Assembly (NCBI RefSeq): GCF_009914755.1 | Contig: NC_060939.1 | DNA: 64,000 nt | Direction: 5' to 3' (one strand) | Source: the human T2T-CHM13v2.0 reference genome, Homo sapiens | Shown: one piece after another, positions 1-21,200 of the stretch | How positions within the stretch are numbered: position 1 is the first letter of the stretch | Layout: each line of letters opens with the position of its first letter | Notes under the pieces: generated by a model | Databases searched by the model: none | What the model was told of the DNA's origin: nothing | The model's input: only the letters and a program-made list of their open reading frames with translations | Made by a program: the position numbers and the translations under genes

Positions 1-3000
1 AAAGAGGTTTCTCAGAGTCCTTCAGTCTGGTTTTTATGTGAATATATTTCCTTTTACACCATAGTCCTCAAAGCGCTCCAAATGTCCATTTGCAGACTCT
101 ACAAAAAGACTGTTTCCAAACGGCTCAATCAAAACAAAGTTTCAACTCTGTGTGATTAATGCACACATCATGAAGAAGTTTCTCAGAATGCTTCTGTCTA
201 GTTTTTATGTGAAGATACTTGCTTTTTCACCATAGGCCTCAAAGTGCTCACAAATATCCCTTTAGAGATTCTACAAAAATACTTTTTCCAAATTGCTCAA
301 TCAAAAGAAAGGTTCAATCCTGTGAGATGTATGCACACCACAAAGAGGTTTCTCAGAAAGCTTCTCTCTAGTTTTTACATGAAGATATTTCCTTTTTCAC
401 CATAGGCCTCCAAGTGTTCACAAATATCCCTTTGCAGATTCTACAAAAAGACTCTTTACACATTGCTCAATCAAAAGAATGTTTCATCTCTGTGAGGTGA
501 ATGCTCACATCACCAGGATGTTTCTCAGAAAGCTTCTGTGTAGTTTTTATGTGAAGATATTTCCTTTTTCACCATACGCCTCAAAGGGCTCACAAATATC
601 CCTTTGCAGTTTTTACAAGAAAAGAGTTTCCAATCTTCTCAATGAAAAGAAAGAGACACATCTTGGAGATGAATGCACATATCACAAAGCAGTTTCTGAG
701 AAACATTCTGTCTAGTTTTTATGTGAAGTTATCTCCTTTTTCACCACAGGATGCAAAGTGCTCAAAATTGTTGCTTTGCAGATTCTACAAAAAGTTTGTT
801 TCCACAGTGCTTATCAAAAGAAAGGTTCACCTCTGTGAGATGAATGCAAGTGTCAAAAAGAAGTTTCTCAGAAAGCTTCTATTAAGTTTTCATGTGAATG
901 TTTCCTTTTTCACCATGAGCCTCAAAGTGCTCACAAATATCCAGTTGAGGAATATTTAAAAAGACTATTTCCAAACCGCTCAACCAAAAGAAAGGTTGAA
1001 CTGTGTGAGATGAATGCACACATCACAAAGGAGTTTCTCAGAAACCTTCTTTATAGTTTTTCTGTGAAGATATTTCCTTTTTCATCATAGGCCTCAAAGC
1101 CCTCACAAATATCTCTTTGCAGATTCTACAAAAAGACTGTTTCCAAACTGCTCAATAAAAAGAATTATTGAACTTTTTGAGATGAATGCACACATCTCAA
1201 AGAAGTTTCTCAGAAACCTTCAGTCTGGTTTTTATGTGAATATATTTCCTTTTTCACCATTAGCCTCAAAATGCTCCAAATATCCATTTTCAGGTTCTAC
1301 AAAAAAACTGTTTCCAAACGGCTCAATGAAAAGAAAGTTTCAACTTTGTGAGCTGAATGCATACATCACTGAGAAGTTTCGCAGGAGGATTCTGTCTAAT
1401 TTTTATATGAAGACATTTCCTTTTTCACCACAGGCCTCCATCTGCTCACAAATATCCCTTAGCAGATTCTACAAGAACAGAATTTCCAGACTGATCAAAG
1501 AAAACAAACGTTTTTCTCTGTGAGATGAATGCACACATCACAAAACTGTTTCTCAGAACCTTCTTTATACTTTTTGTGTGATGATATTTCTTTTTTCTCC
1601 GTAGGACTCAAAGAGCTCAAAAATATCCCTTTGCAGATTCTACAAAAAGATTGTTTCCAAACTGCACAATCAAAAAAATAGTTCAACTCCATGAGATGAA
1701 TGCATACGTCACAAAGAAGTTTCTCAGAAACCTTCTTTATAGTTTTTATATGAAGATATTTCCTTTTTCACCATAGGCCTCAAAGTGCTCAGCAATATCC
1801 CTTTGCAGATACTGCAAAAAGACTGCTTCCCACCTGCTGAATCAAAAAAATGTTTAAACTCTGTGAGATGAATGCACACTTTACAACGAGGTTTCTCAGA
1901 AATCTTCTGTTCATTTTTTATGTGAAGATATTACCTTTTGCACCATAGCACTCAAAGTTCTGACAAATATTCCTTGCAGATTCTACAAAAAGACTGTTTC
2001 CAGACTGCTCAATCAAAAGAATGGTTCAACTCTGTGAGATGATTGCACACCTCACAAAGAAGCCACTAAGAAAGCTTCTGTCTAGCTTTTAAGTGAAGAT
2101 ATTTCCTGTTTCACCATAGGCCTCAAAGCACTCACAAATATCCCTTTGCAGATTATACAAGAACAGAGATTCCAGACTGATCAGAGAAAATAAACGTTTA
2201 CTTCTGTGAGATCAGTGCACACATGACAAAGCTGTTTCTAAGAACCCTTCTTTATACATTTTATATGAATATATTTCCTTTTTCACCATTGACCTCAAAG
2301 CGCTATAAATATCCCTTTGCAGATTCCACAAACAGACGGTTTCCATACTGCTCAATCAAAAGTAAGTTTCATCTTTGTGAGATGAATGCTCACATCACAA
2401 AGAGGTTTCTCAGAAAGCCTCTCTCTAATTATTATGTGAAGATATTTCCTTTTTCACCATAGGCCTCAAAGCACTCACAAATATCCCTTTGCAGACTCTA
2501 CGAGAACAGTTGCCAGACTGACCAGAGAAAAGAAACATTAACCTCTGTGAGATGAGTGCATACATCACAAAGCTGTTTCTGAGAAACCTTGTTTATACTT
2601 TTTATGTGAATATATTTCCTTTTTCATCATAGGTCTTAAAGCACTCATAAATATCCCTTTGCAGTTTCTACAAAAAGACTGTTTCCAAACTGTTCAATCA
2701 AAAGAATGGTTGAACTCTATGAGATGAATGCAAACATCACAAAGAAGTTTCTCGGAAAGCTGTTTAGTTTTTATGTGAAGATATCTCCTATTTCATCTTA
2801 GGTCTCATAGCTCTCAAAAATATGCCTTTACAGATTCTACAAAAATACTGTATCCAAATTGCTCAATTCAAAGAGAGGTTCAAATCTGTGCGATGAATGC
2901 ACCCATCACAAGGAGGTTTCTCAGAAAGCTTCTCTCTAGTTTTCATGTGAAAATATTTCCTTTTCCACCATAGGCTTCAAAGCATCACAAATATCCCTTT

Positions 3001-4998
3001 GCAGATTCTACCTACCAAAGTACTGTTTACAAACTGCTCAATCAAAAGAATGTTTCAACTTTGTGAGATGAATTCTCACATCTCCAAGATGTTTCACAGA
3101 AAGCTTCTGTCTAGTGTTTACGTGAAGATAATTCCTTTTTCACCATAAACCTCAAAGCGCTGACAAATATCCTTTTGCAGATTTTACAAGAACAGAATTT
3201 CCAATCTGCTCAATGAAGGGAAATAGTTACCTCTGTGGGATGAAAGCACACATCACAAAGCAGTTTCTCAGAAATATTCTGTCTAGTATTTATGTAAAGA
3301 TAATTCCTTTTTCAACACAGGACACAAAGCGCTAAACTAATAACACTTTGGAAATTCTACAAAATACTGTCTCCAAACTGCTCATCAAAAGAAAGTTTCA
3401 TCTCTATGGAATGAATGTATATATCAAAAAGATATTTCTCAGAAATCTTCTATCTTGTTTTTATGTGAGTGTGTTTCCTTTTTCACCATGGGCCTCAAAG
3501 TGCTCAAAAATATCCCTTTACAGATCCTAAAAAAAGACTGTTTCCAAACTGCTGAATGAAAGGAATGGTTCAAATCTGTGAGATGAATGCACACATCACA
3601 AAGAAGTTTCTCACAAACCTTCTTTATAGTTTTTATGTGAAGATATTTCTTTTTAACCATAGACCTCAAAGCACTCACAAATATACCTTTGCAGATTCTA
3701 CAAAAAGACGGTTTCCCAACTGCTCAATCAAAAGAATTGTTGAACTCTGTGAGATGAATGCATACATCACAAAGCAGTTTGTCAGAATTCTTTAGTCTGG
3801 TTTTTATGTGAAGATATTTTCTCTTTCACCATAGGCCTCAAAGTGCTCAGAAATATCCCTTTACAGATTCCACAAAAAGACGTTTCCAAACTGCTCAATC
3901 AAAAGAAAGTTTCAATTCTGTGAGATGAATGCACACATCACCAAGAAGTTTCTCAGGATGCTTCTGTTTAGTTTTTATGTGAAGACAATTCCTTTTTCAC
4001 CATAGGGCTCTATGAACTCAAAAATATCCCTTAGCAGATTCTAAAACAACAGAGTTTGCCATATTATCAAAGAAAAGAATCGTTTAACTCTGTGAGATGA
4101 AAGCAGACATCACAAAACAGTTTCTCAGAAAACTTCTTTATAGTTTTCTGTGAAGATACTTCTTTTTCTGCATAGGCCTCAAAGTGCTCAAAAATATCCG
4201 TTTGCAGATTCTGCAAAAATACTGTTTCCAAACTGCTGAAGCAAAAGAGAGGTTCAAATCTGTGAGATGAATGCACATATCACAAAGAGGTATCTCAGAA
4301 TCTTTCCTTATACTTTGTATGTGAAGATATTTCCTTTGTCAACATAGGCCTCAAAGTGATCAAAAATACTCCTTTTCAGATTGTACAAGAACAGAGTTTC
4401 CAGACTGATCAGAGAAAAGAAATGCTTACCTCTGTGAGATGAATGCACACATCACAAGGCTGTTTTTAGGAAACCTGCTTCACAGTTCTTATGTGAAGGT
4501 ATGTTTTTTCCACCATAGGCCTCACAGCGTTCCAAATATCCACTAGCAGATTTTACAAAAAGAGTGTTTCAAAACTGCTCAAAGGAAAGGTTGAACTCTG
4601 TGAGATGAATGCAAACATCACAAAGGAGTTTCTCAGAATGCTTCTGTCTAATTTTTATGTTAAGGTATTTCCCTTTCCACCATAGGCATCAAAGTGCTCC
4701 AAATATCCACATGCCGATATGACAAAAAGACTGTTTCCAAACTGCTCAATCAAAAGTGTGGTTCAACTCTCTGAGATGAATACACACATAACTAAGACGT
4801 TTCTCAGAACGCTTCTGTCTAGTTTTCATATGAAGATATTTCCTTTTCCAACATAGGCCTCAAATCGCCCCAAATATCCACTTGTAGATTCTACAAAAAG
4901 AGTATTTCAAAACTGGTCTATCAAAAGAAAATTTGAACTCGGTGAGATGAACACACACATCACTAAGAAGTTTCTCAGAATGCTTCTGTCTAGTTTTT
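1..4998 (-). repeat. Alpha satellite, divergent monomeric, old-looking 'AAATATCCCTTTGCAG' type (changes to 'TATCCAC' type from ~4510)
   Basis: ~171-bp tandem units (GAAGATATTTCCTTTTTCACCATAGGCCTCAAAG...CTGTGAGATGAATGCACACATCACAAAGAAGTTTCTCAGAA), the reverse complement of the usual ALR consensus. No CENP-B box. Confidence 0.97.
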
Positions 4999-7212
<2,214 letters not shown>

Positions 7213-10076
7213 TCATAGCCCTGCAAATATCCACTTGCAGATTCTACAAAAAGAGTGTTTCAAAACTGCTCAATCAAAACGAAGGTTCAACTCCATGAGA
7301 TGAATGCACACATCAAAAAGCAGTTTCTCAGAATGCTTCTGTGTAGTTTTCTGAGAACATATTTCCCTTTCCACAATAGGCTGCACAGGGCTTCAAATAT
7401 CCACTTCCAGATTCTATAAAAAGAGTGTTTCATAATTGCCCAATCAAAAGAAAGTTTCAACTCTGTGAGATGAATTCACACATCAGAAAATAGTTTCTCA
7501 GAATGCTTCTGTGTAGTTTTTATGTGAAGATATTTCCTTTTCCACCATAGGCTGCAAAGGGCTCCAAATATCCACCTACAGATGCTACAAAAAGAGAGTT
7601 TCAAAACTTCTCCATCAAAAGAAAGATTCAACTCTGTGAGTTGAATGCACACATCACAAAGAAGTTTCTCAGAATGCTTCTTTGTAGTTTTTATATGGAG
7701 ATATTTCCTTTTCCACGATTGGCCTCAAAGTGCTCCAAATATCCACTTGCAGATGCTACAAAAGAGTGTTTCAAAACAGCTCAATCAAAACAAAAGTTCA
7801 ACTCTGTGAGATGAATGCATACATCAAAAAGAAGTTTCTCAGAATGCTTCTGTGTAGTTTTTATGCAAAGATATTTCCTTTTCCACAATAGGCCTCAAAG
7901 CACTTCAAATATCTACTTGCAGATTCTTCAAAAAGAGTGTTTCAAAACGGCTCAATCAAAAGAAATGTTCAATTCTGTGAGATGAATGCACACGTCACAC
8001 AGAAGTTTCTCAGAATGCTTCCGTGTAGTTTTTATTTGAAGATATTTCCTTTACAAAAATAGGCCACAAAGGGATCCAAATATCCACTTGCAGATTCTAC
8101 AAAAAGAGAGATTCAAAACCGTGCAATCAAAAGATAGATTCAACTCTGTGAGTCAAATTGACACATCACAAAGAAGTTTCTCAGAATGCTTCTGTGTAGT
8201 TTTTATGTGAAGATATTCCCTTTTCCAACATAGATCTCAAAGCGCTCTAAGTATCCGCTTACAGATTCTACAAAAAGAGTGTTTCAAAACTGCTCTATCA
8301 AAAGAAAGGTTGAACACTGTGAGATGAATGCACACATCACAAGGAAGTTTCTCAGAATGCTTCTGTGTAGTTTTTATATGAAGATACTTCCTTTTCCACC
8401 ACAGGCCTCAAATCGCTTCAAACATTCACTTGCAGATTCTATTAAAAAAGTTTCAAAAGTGCTCAATCGAAAGAAAGTTTCAACTCTGTGACATGAGTGT
8501 ACACATCACAAAGATATTTCTCAGAATTCTTCTGTGTAGTTTTACTCTGAAGATATTTCTTTTTCCAAAATAGGCTGCAAAGGGCTCCAAATATCCAAAT
8601 GAACATTCTACAAAAAGAGAGATTCGAAACTGCTCAATCAACAGAAATATTCAACTCTGTGAGATGAATGGCCACATCCCAAAGAAGTTTCTCAGAATGC
8701 TTCTGTGTAGTTTTTATGTGAAGATATTCCCGTTTCCACCATAGGCCTCAAAGTGCTGCAAATATCCACTTGCAGATTCTACAAAAAGTGTGTTTCCAAA
8801 CTGCTCAATCAAAAGAAAGGTTCAACTCTGTGAGATGAATGAACATATCACAAAGATGTTTCTCAGAATGCTTCTATATACTTTTTTTTTGTGAAGGTAT
8901 TTCCTATTCCACAGTAGTCCTCTAAGCTCTCCAAATATCCACTTGCAGATTCTAAAAAGAGAGTGTTTCAAGACTGCTCAATCAAAAGAAAGGTTCAACT
9001 CTGCTAGGTGAATGGACACAACACAAAGAAGTTTCTGAGAATCCTTCTGTGGACTTTTACTGTGAAGATATTTCCTTTTCCACCATACGCCACGAAGGGC
9101 TGAAAATATGCACTTGCAGATTCTACAAAAAGAGTGTTTCAAAACTCATCTATCAAAAGATATGTTCAGGTGTGTGGGTGGAATGAATGCATCACAAAGA
9201 ACTTTCTCAGAATGCTTCTGTCTAGATTTTGTGAAGATATTTCCTTTTCAACAGTAGGCCTCAAAGCGTGCTAAGTATCCACTTGCAGATTCTACAAAAA
9301 GATAGATTAAAAAGTGCTCAATCCAAAGATAGGTTCAATTCTGCAAGATGAATGCACACATCACAAAGAAGTTTCTCAGAATGCTTCTGTATATTGTTTA
9401 TGTGAAGATATTTCCTTTTCCAAAGTAGGCCTCAAAGCGCTCCAAATATCCACTTGCAGATTCTACAAAAAGAGTGTTTCAAAACTGCTCAATCAAAACG
9501 AAGGTTCAACACTGTGAGATGAATGCACACATCACAAAGAAGTTTCTCAGAATGCTTCTGTGTAGTTTTTATGTGAAGATATTCCCTTTTCCACCATAAG
9601 CCTCAAAGGGCTCCAAATATACACTTGCAGATTCTACACAAAGAAAGTTTCAAAACTGCTCTATCAAAAGGTAAATTCAGTTCTGTGAGTTCAATGCACA
9701 TATCGCAAAGAAGTTTCTCAGAGTGCTTCGGTGTAGTTTTTATTTGAAGATATTTCCTTTTCTAAAATAGGCCACAAAGGGCTTCAAATAACCACTTGGA
9801 GATACTAAAAAAAGAGAGATTCAAAACTGCTAAATCAAACGATAGGTTCAACTATCGGAGTTGAATGCGCACATCACAAAGAAGTTTCTCAGAATGCTTC
9901 TGTGTAGTTTTTATGTGAAGATATTTCTTTTTCCACTATAGGGCTCAAAGCACTCCAAATATCCACTTGCAGATTCTACAGAAAGAGTGTTTCCAAACTT
10001 CTCAATAAAAAGAAATGTTCAAATCTGTGAGATGAATGCACACATCACAAAGAAGTTTCTCAGAATGCTTCTGTAT
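7213..10076 (-). repeat. Alpha satellite, divergent 'CTGTGTAG / TATCCACTTGCAG' type
   Basis: 171-bp units. Two monomer flavours: GGCCTCAAAGCGCTCC..AAGAAAGG and GGCCACAAAGGGCTCC..AAGATAGG. Confidence 0.97.
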
Positions 10077-11459
10077 TTATTATTATTATTATTATATCTT
10101 AAGTTTTAGGGTACATGTGCACAATGTGCAGGTTAGTTACATATGTATACATGTGCCATGCTGGTGTGCTGCACCCATAAACTCGTCATTTAGCATGATA
10201 TATGTCTCCTAAAGCTATCTCTACCCCCTCCCCCCACCCCACAACAGTCCCTAGAGTGTGATGTTCCCCTTCCTGTGTCCATGTGTTCTCATTGTTCAAT
10301 TCCCACCTAAGAGTGAGAATATGCAGTGTTTGGTTTTTTGTTCTTGTGATAGTTTACTGAGAATGATGATTTCCAATTTCATCCATGTCCCTACAAAGGA
10401 CATGAACTCATCATTTTTTATGGCTGCTTATTATTCCATGGTGTGTATGTGCCGCATTTTCTTAATCCAGTCTATTATTTTTGGACATTTGAGTTGGTTC
10501 CAAGTCTTTGCTATTGTGAATAGTGCCGCAATAAACATACGTGTGCATGTGTCTTTATAGCAGCATGATTTATAGTCCTTTGGGTATATACCCAGTAATG
10601 GGATGGCTGGATCAAATGGTATTTGTAATTTTAGATCCCTGAGGAATTGCCACACTGACTTCCACAATGGTTGAACTAGTTTATAGTCCCACCAACAGTG
10701 TAAATGTGTTCCTGTTTCTCCACATGCTCTCCAGCACCTGTTGTTTCCTGACTTTTTAATGATTGCCATTTTAACTGGTGTGAGATGGTATCTCATTGCA
10801 GTTTTGATTTGCATTACTCTGATGGCCAGTGATGGTGAGCATTTTTTCATGTGTTTTTTGGCTGCATAAATGTCTTCTTTTGAGAAGTGTCTGTTCATGT
10901 CCTTCACCCACTTTTTGATGGGGTTGTTTGTTTTTTTCCTGTAAATTTGTTTGAGTTTATTGTAGATTCTGGATATTAGCCCTCTGTCAGATGAGTAGGT
11001 TGTGAAAATTTTCTCCCATTTTGTAGGCTGCCTGTTCACCCTGAAGGTAGTTTCTTTTGCTGTGCAGAAGCTCTGGTTTAATTAGATCCCATATGTCAAT
11101 TTTGGCTTTTGTTTCCTTTGCTTTTGGTGTTTTAGACATGAAGTCTTTTCCTATGGTTATGTCCTGAATGGTAAAGCCTAGGTTTTCTTCCAGGGTTTTC
11201 ATGGTTTTAGGTCTAACGTTTAAGTCTTTAATCTATCTTGAATTAATTTTTGTATAAGCTGTAAGAAAGGGATCCAGTTTCAGCTTTCTACATGTGTCTA
11301 ACCATTTTTCCCAGTACCATTTATTAAATAGGAAATCCTGCCCCCATTGCCTGTTTTTTCTCAGGTTTGTAGAAGATCAGATAGTTGTAGACACGTGGCA
11401 TTATTTCTGAGGGCTCTGTTCTGTTCCATTGACTATATCTCTGTTTTGGTAGCAGTACC
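10077..11459 (-). mobile_element. LINE-1 #2 (L1PA3-like), 5'-truncated ~1.4 kb, 12-bp TSD
   Basis: (TTA)n tail, L1 3'UTR and ORF2 C-terminal fragments (10431-11039, 10987-11202). TSD ATGCTTCTGTAT at 10065-10076 and 11460-11471. Confidence 0.96.
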
Positions 11460-15873
<4,414 letters not shown>

Positions 15874-17225
15874 TTCTGTGTAGTTTTTATGTGAAGATAT
15901 TTGCTTTTCCAAAGTAGGCCTCAAAGGGCTCAAAATATCCCCTTGCAGATTCTGCAAAAAGAGAGATTCGAAACTGCTCAATCAAAAGATAGGTTCACCT
16001 CTGTGTGATGAATGCACTCATCACAAAGAAGTTTCCCAGAATGCTTCTGTGTAGTTTTTATGTGAAGATATATCCTTTTCCACCCTAGGGCACATAGGGC
16101 TCCAGATATCCACTTGCAGATTCTACCAAAAGCGAGATTCAAAACTGCTGAGTCAAAAGATAGGTTCAATTATGTGAGTTGAATGCACACATAACAAAGA
16201 AGTTTCGCAGAATGCTTCTGTGTAGTATTTATGTGAAGATATTTCCTTTTGCACAATAAGACTCAAGTCTCTCCTAATATCCACTTGCAGATTCTACAAA
16301 AAGAGTGTTTCCAAACTGCTCAATCAAAAGAAAGCTTAAACTCTGTGAGTTGAATGCACACATCACAAAGAAGTTTCTCAGAATGCTTCTGTGTAGTTTT
16401 TATATGAAGATAATTGCTTTTCCTCAGTAGGCATCAAAGCACTCAAAACATCCAATTGCAGATTCTACAAAAACAGTTTCAAAACTGCTCAATCAACAGA
16501 AGGGATCAACTCTGTGAGATGAGTGCACACATCATGAAGAAGTTTCTCATATTTCCTTTTCCACAATAGGCCTCAAAGCATTCCAAATATCCACTTGCAG
16601 ATTCTTCAAAGGAGTGTTTCAAAACTTCTCAATCATAAGATAGGTTCAACCCTGTGAGATGAATGCACACATCACAAAAAGTTTTTCAGAATGCTTCTGT
16701 GTAGTTTTTACATGAAGACATTTCCTTTTCCATAATTGAACTGAAATCGCTCCAAATATCCTCTTGCAGATCCTACAAAAAGAGTGTTTCAAAACTGCTC
16801 AATCAAAGGAAAGGTTCAACTCTGTGAGGTGAATGCACACATCACAAAAAAGTTTTTCAGAATGCTTCTGTATAGTTTTTAGGTGGAAATATCTGCTTTT
16901 CCACAGTAGGCCTCAAAGGGCTCCATGTGTCCACTTGCAAATTAAACAAAAAGAGTTTTTCAAAACTGCTCAATCATAATATAGGTTCAACCATGTGAGA
17001 TGAATGCACACATGACAAAGAAGTTCCTCAAAATGCTTTTCTGTAGTTTTCATTTGAACATATTTCTTTTTCCACCATAGGCCAGAGAGGGCTCCAAATA
17101 TCCACTTGCAGATTCTACAAAAAGAGAGATTCAAAACTGCTCAATCAAAAGATAGGTTCAACTCTGTGAGTTGAATGCACACATCACAAAGAAGCTTCTC
17201 AGAATGCTTCTGTGTAGTTTTTATT

Positions 17226-18285
17226 TGAAGATATTTCCTTTTCCACAATAGGCCTCAAATCGCTTCAAATATCCAATTGCAGATTGTACAAAAAGAGTGT
17301 TTCGAAACTACTAAATCAAAAGAAAGTTTCAACTCTATGAGGTGAATGCACACATAGCAAATAAGTCTCTCAGAATGCTTCTGTGCTGTTTTCATGTGAA
17401 GATATTTGCTTTTCCACAGTAGACCTCCAAGCGCTCCAAATATCCTCTTGCAGATTCTACAAAAAGAAAGATTCAAAACTGCTCACTCAAAAGATACGTT
17501 CAACTCTGTGAGATGAATGCACACATCACAAAGAAGTTTCTCAGAATGCTTCTGTGTAGTTTTTATTTGAATATATTTCCTTTTCCACCATAGGCAGCAT
17601 AGGGCTCCAAATATCCACCTGCCGATTCTACAAAAAGGGAGTTTCAAAACTGCTCAATCAAAAGATCAGTTCAACCCTGTGAGTTGAATGCACACATCAC
17701 AAAGAAGTTTCTCAGAATGCTTCTGTGTATTTTTTATGTGAAGATATTTCCTTTTCCACAATAGGCCTCAAATCGCTTCAAATATCCAATTGCAGATTGT
17801 ACAAAAAGAGTGTTTCGAAACTACTAAATCAAAAGAAAGTTTCAACTCTATGAGGTGAATGCACACGTAGCAAATAAGTCTCTCAGAATGCTTCTGTGCT
17901 GTTTTCATGTGAAGATATTTGCTTTTCCACAGTAGACCTCCAAGCGCTCCAAATATCCTCTTGCAGATTCTACAAAAAGAAAGATTCAAAACTGCTCACT
18001 CAAAAGATACGTTCAACTCTGTGAGATGAATGCACACATCCCAAAGAAGTTTCTCAGAATGCTTCTGTGTAGTTTTTATTTGAATATATTTCCTTTTCCA
18101 CCATAGGCAGCATAGGGCTCCAAATATCCACCTGCCGATTCTACAAAAAGGGAGTTTCAAAACTGCTCAATCAAAAGATCAGTTCAACCCTGTGAGTTGA
18201 ATGCACACATCACAAAGAAGTTTCTCAGAATGCTTCTGTGTATTTTTTATGTGAAGATATTTCCTTTTCCACAATAGGCCTCAAA
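17226..18285. repeat. Near-perfect tandem duplication of a 3-monomer (513-bp) unit
   Basis: Period 513. I see only two mismatches (17354/17867 and 17528/18041). ORFs 17255-17476 and 17768-17989 translate identically. Confidence 0.95.
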
Positions 18286-21200
18286 GCTCTCCAAAGGTCC
18301 ACTTGCAGATTCTGCAAAAAAAGAGATTCAAAACTGCTCAATCAAAGTATAGGTTTGGCTGTGTGAGTTGAATGCACACCTCACAAATAATTTTCTCAGA
18401 ATGCATCTGCATAGTTTTTATTTGAAGATATGTGCTTTTGCACTGTAGGCCTCAAACCGCTACAGATATCCACTTTCAGATCTGCAAAATGAGAGATTCA
18501 GAACTGCTGAATCAAAAGAAACGTTCAACTGTTTCTGATGAATGCACTCATCACAAAGAAGTTTCTTTGAATGCTTCTGTGTAGTTTTTATTTGAAGATA
18601 TTTTCTTTTCAATCATAGGACAAAAAGGGCTACAAGTATCTACTTGCAGATTATACAAAAAAAGAGATTGAAAACTGCTCAGTCATAAGATAGGTTCAAC
18701 CCTGTGTGATGAATGCACACAACACAAAGAAGTTTTTCAGAATGCTTCTGTGTAGTTTTTAGGTGAAGATACTTCCTTTTCCACAATAGGCCTCAAATCG
18801 CTCCAAATATCCACTTGTAGATTCTAGAAAAAGTGTGTTTCAAAACTGCTCAATCAAAAGAAAGGTTCAACTCTGTGAGTTGAATGCCCACATCACAGAG
18901 AGGTTTCTCAGAATGCTTCTGTGAAGTTTTTATATGAAGATATTTGATTTTCCACAGTTGGCCTCACAGTGCTCCAAATATCCACTTTCAGATTCTGCAA
19001 AATGAGAGATTCAAAACTGCTCAATAAAAAGAAACGTTCAACTCTGTGTGATGAATGCACTCATCACAAACAAGTTTCTCTGAATGCTTCTGTGTTGTTT
19101 GAATTTGAAGATATTTCCTTTTCCACCATAGGGCGCAAATGGCTCCAAATATCCACTTGCAGATTCTACAGAAAGAGATTCAAAACTGCTCAATGAAAAG
19201 ATAAGTTCAACTCTGTGAGTTGTATGCACATATCACAAAGAAGTTTCTCAGAATGCTTCTGTGTAGTTTTTAAGTGAAGACATTTTCTTTTCCACCATAG
19301 GCCACAAAGGGCTCCAATTACCACTTACAAAAAGAGTCTTTCAAAGCTGCTCAATCAAAAGAAAGGTTCAACTCTGTGAGATGAATGCACACATTACAAA
19401 CAAGTTTCTCAGAATGCTACTGGGTAGTTTTATATGAATATATTTGCTTTTCCACGGTAGGCCTCAAAGCGCTCCAAATATTCATTTTCAGATTCTACAA
19501 AAAGAGTGTTTCAAAACTGCTCAATCATAAGGTAGGTTTAACCCTGTGTGATGAATGCACATATCACAAAGATGTTTCTCAGAATGCTTCTGTGTAGTTT
19601 TTATGTGGAGATATTTCCTTATCCACAATAGGCCGCAACGGGCTCCAAATATCCACTTGCAGATTCTACAAAAGCAGAGATTCAAAACTGCTCAATCAAA
19701 AGATAGGTTCCAGTCTGTGAGTTAAATGCACACATCACTAAGAAGTTTCCCAGAATGCTTCTGTGTATTTTTTATTGGAAGATATATCCTTTTCCACCAC
19801 AGGCTTCAAACTCTCCAAATATCCACTTGCAGATTCTGCAAAAAGACTGTTTCAAAACTGCTAAATAAAAAGAAATGTTCAACTCTGTGTGATCAACGCA
19901 CTCATCACAAATTACTTTCTCTGAGTGCTTCTGTGTAGTTTTTATTTGAAGATATTTCCTTTTTCACCACAGGGCGCAAAGGGCTCCAAATATCCACTTG
20001 CAGATTCTACAAAAAGAGAGATTCAAAACTGCTCAATAGAAAGATAGGTTCAACTCTGTGAGTTGAATGTACACATCACAAAGAAGTTTCTCAGAATGCT
20101 TTTGTGTAGTTTTTATGTGAAGATATTTCCTATACCACAATAGGTCTCAAATCACTCCAAATATTCACTTGCTGATTCTACAAAAAGAGTGTTTCAAAAC
20201 TTCTCAATCAAAAGAAAGGTTCACCCTTGTGAGATGAAGGCACACATCACAAAGAAGTTTCTCAGAATGCTTCTGTGTATTTTTTATGGGAAGATATTTG
20301 CTTTTCCAAGGTAGGCTTCAAAGCACTCCAAATATCCACGTGCAGATTCTACAAAAAGAGTGTTTCAAAACTGCTCTATCAAAAGAAAGGTTCAACTCTG
20401 TGAGATGAATGCAAACAAAACAAAGAAGTTTCTGAGAATTCTTCTGTGTAGTTATATGAAGATATATCCTTTTCCACAATAGGCCTCAAAGCGTTCCACA
20501 TATCCACTTGCAGATTCTACAAAAAGAGTGTTTCAAACTGCTCAATCCAATGAAAGGTTCAACTCTGTGAGATAAATGCACACATAACAAAGAAGTTTCT
20601 CAGAATTCTTCTGTGTAGTTTTTATGGGAAGATATTACCCTTACCACCATCGGCCACAAAGAGCTCCAAATAACCACTTGCAGCTTGTACAAAAAGAGAG
20701 TTTCAAAACTGCTCCCAAGAGATAGGTTCAAATCTGCGAGTTGAATGCACACATCACAGAGAAGTTTCTCAGAATGCTTCTGTGTAGTTTTTATTTGAAG
20801 ATATTTCCTTTTCCACCATAGGCTGCAAAGGGCTCCAGATATCCACTTTCAGATTCTACAAAAGGAGAGTCTTAAAACTGCCCTGTCAAAAGAATGGTAA
20901 AACTCTATGAGATGAAGGCACACATCACAAAGAAGTTTCTCAGAATGCTTCTGTGTAGTTTTTATGTAAAGATTTTTCATTTTCCCCTATAGGCCTCAAA
21001 ACATTCCAAATATCCATTTGCATATTCTACAAAAAGTGTGTTTCAAAACTGCTCTATCAAAAGAAAGTTTCAACTCTGTGAGATGAATGCACACATCAGA
21101 AAGAATTTTCTCAGAATGCTTCTGTCTAGTTTTTATGTGAAGATATTTCCTTTTCCACCATAGGCCTGAAAGGGCTCCAAATATCCACTTGCAGATTCTA

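Noticed and set aside
8728-8746. Possible reverse-strand CENP-B box (TCCCGTTTCCACCATAGG)
   Set aside because: It has the CGGG half but lacks the TTCG half.
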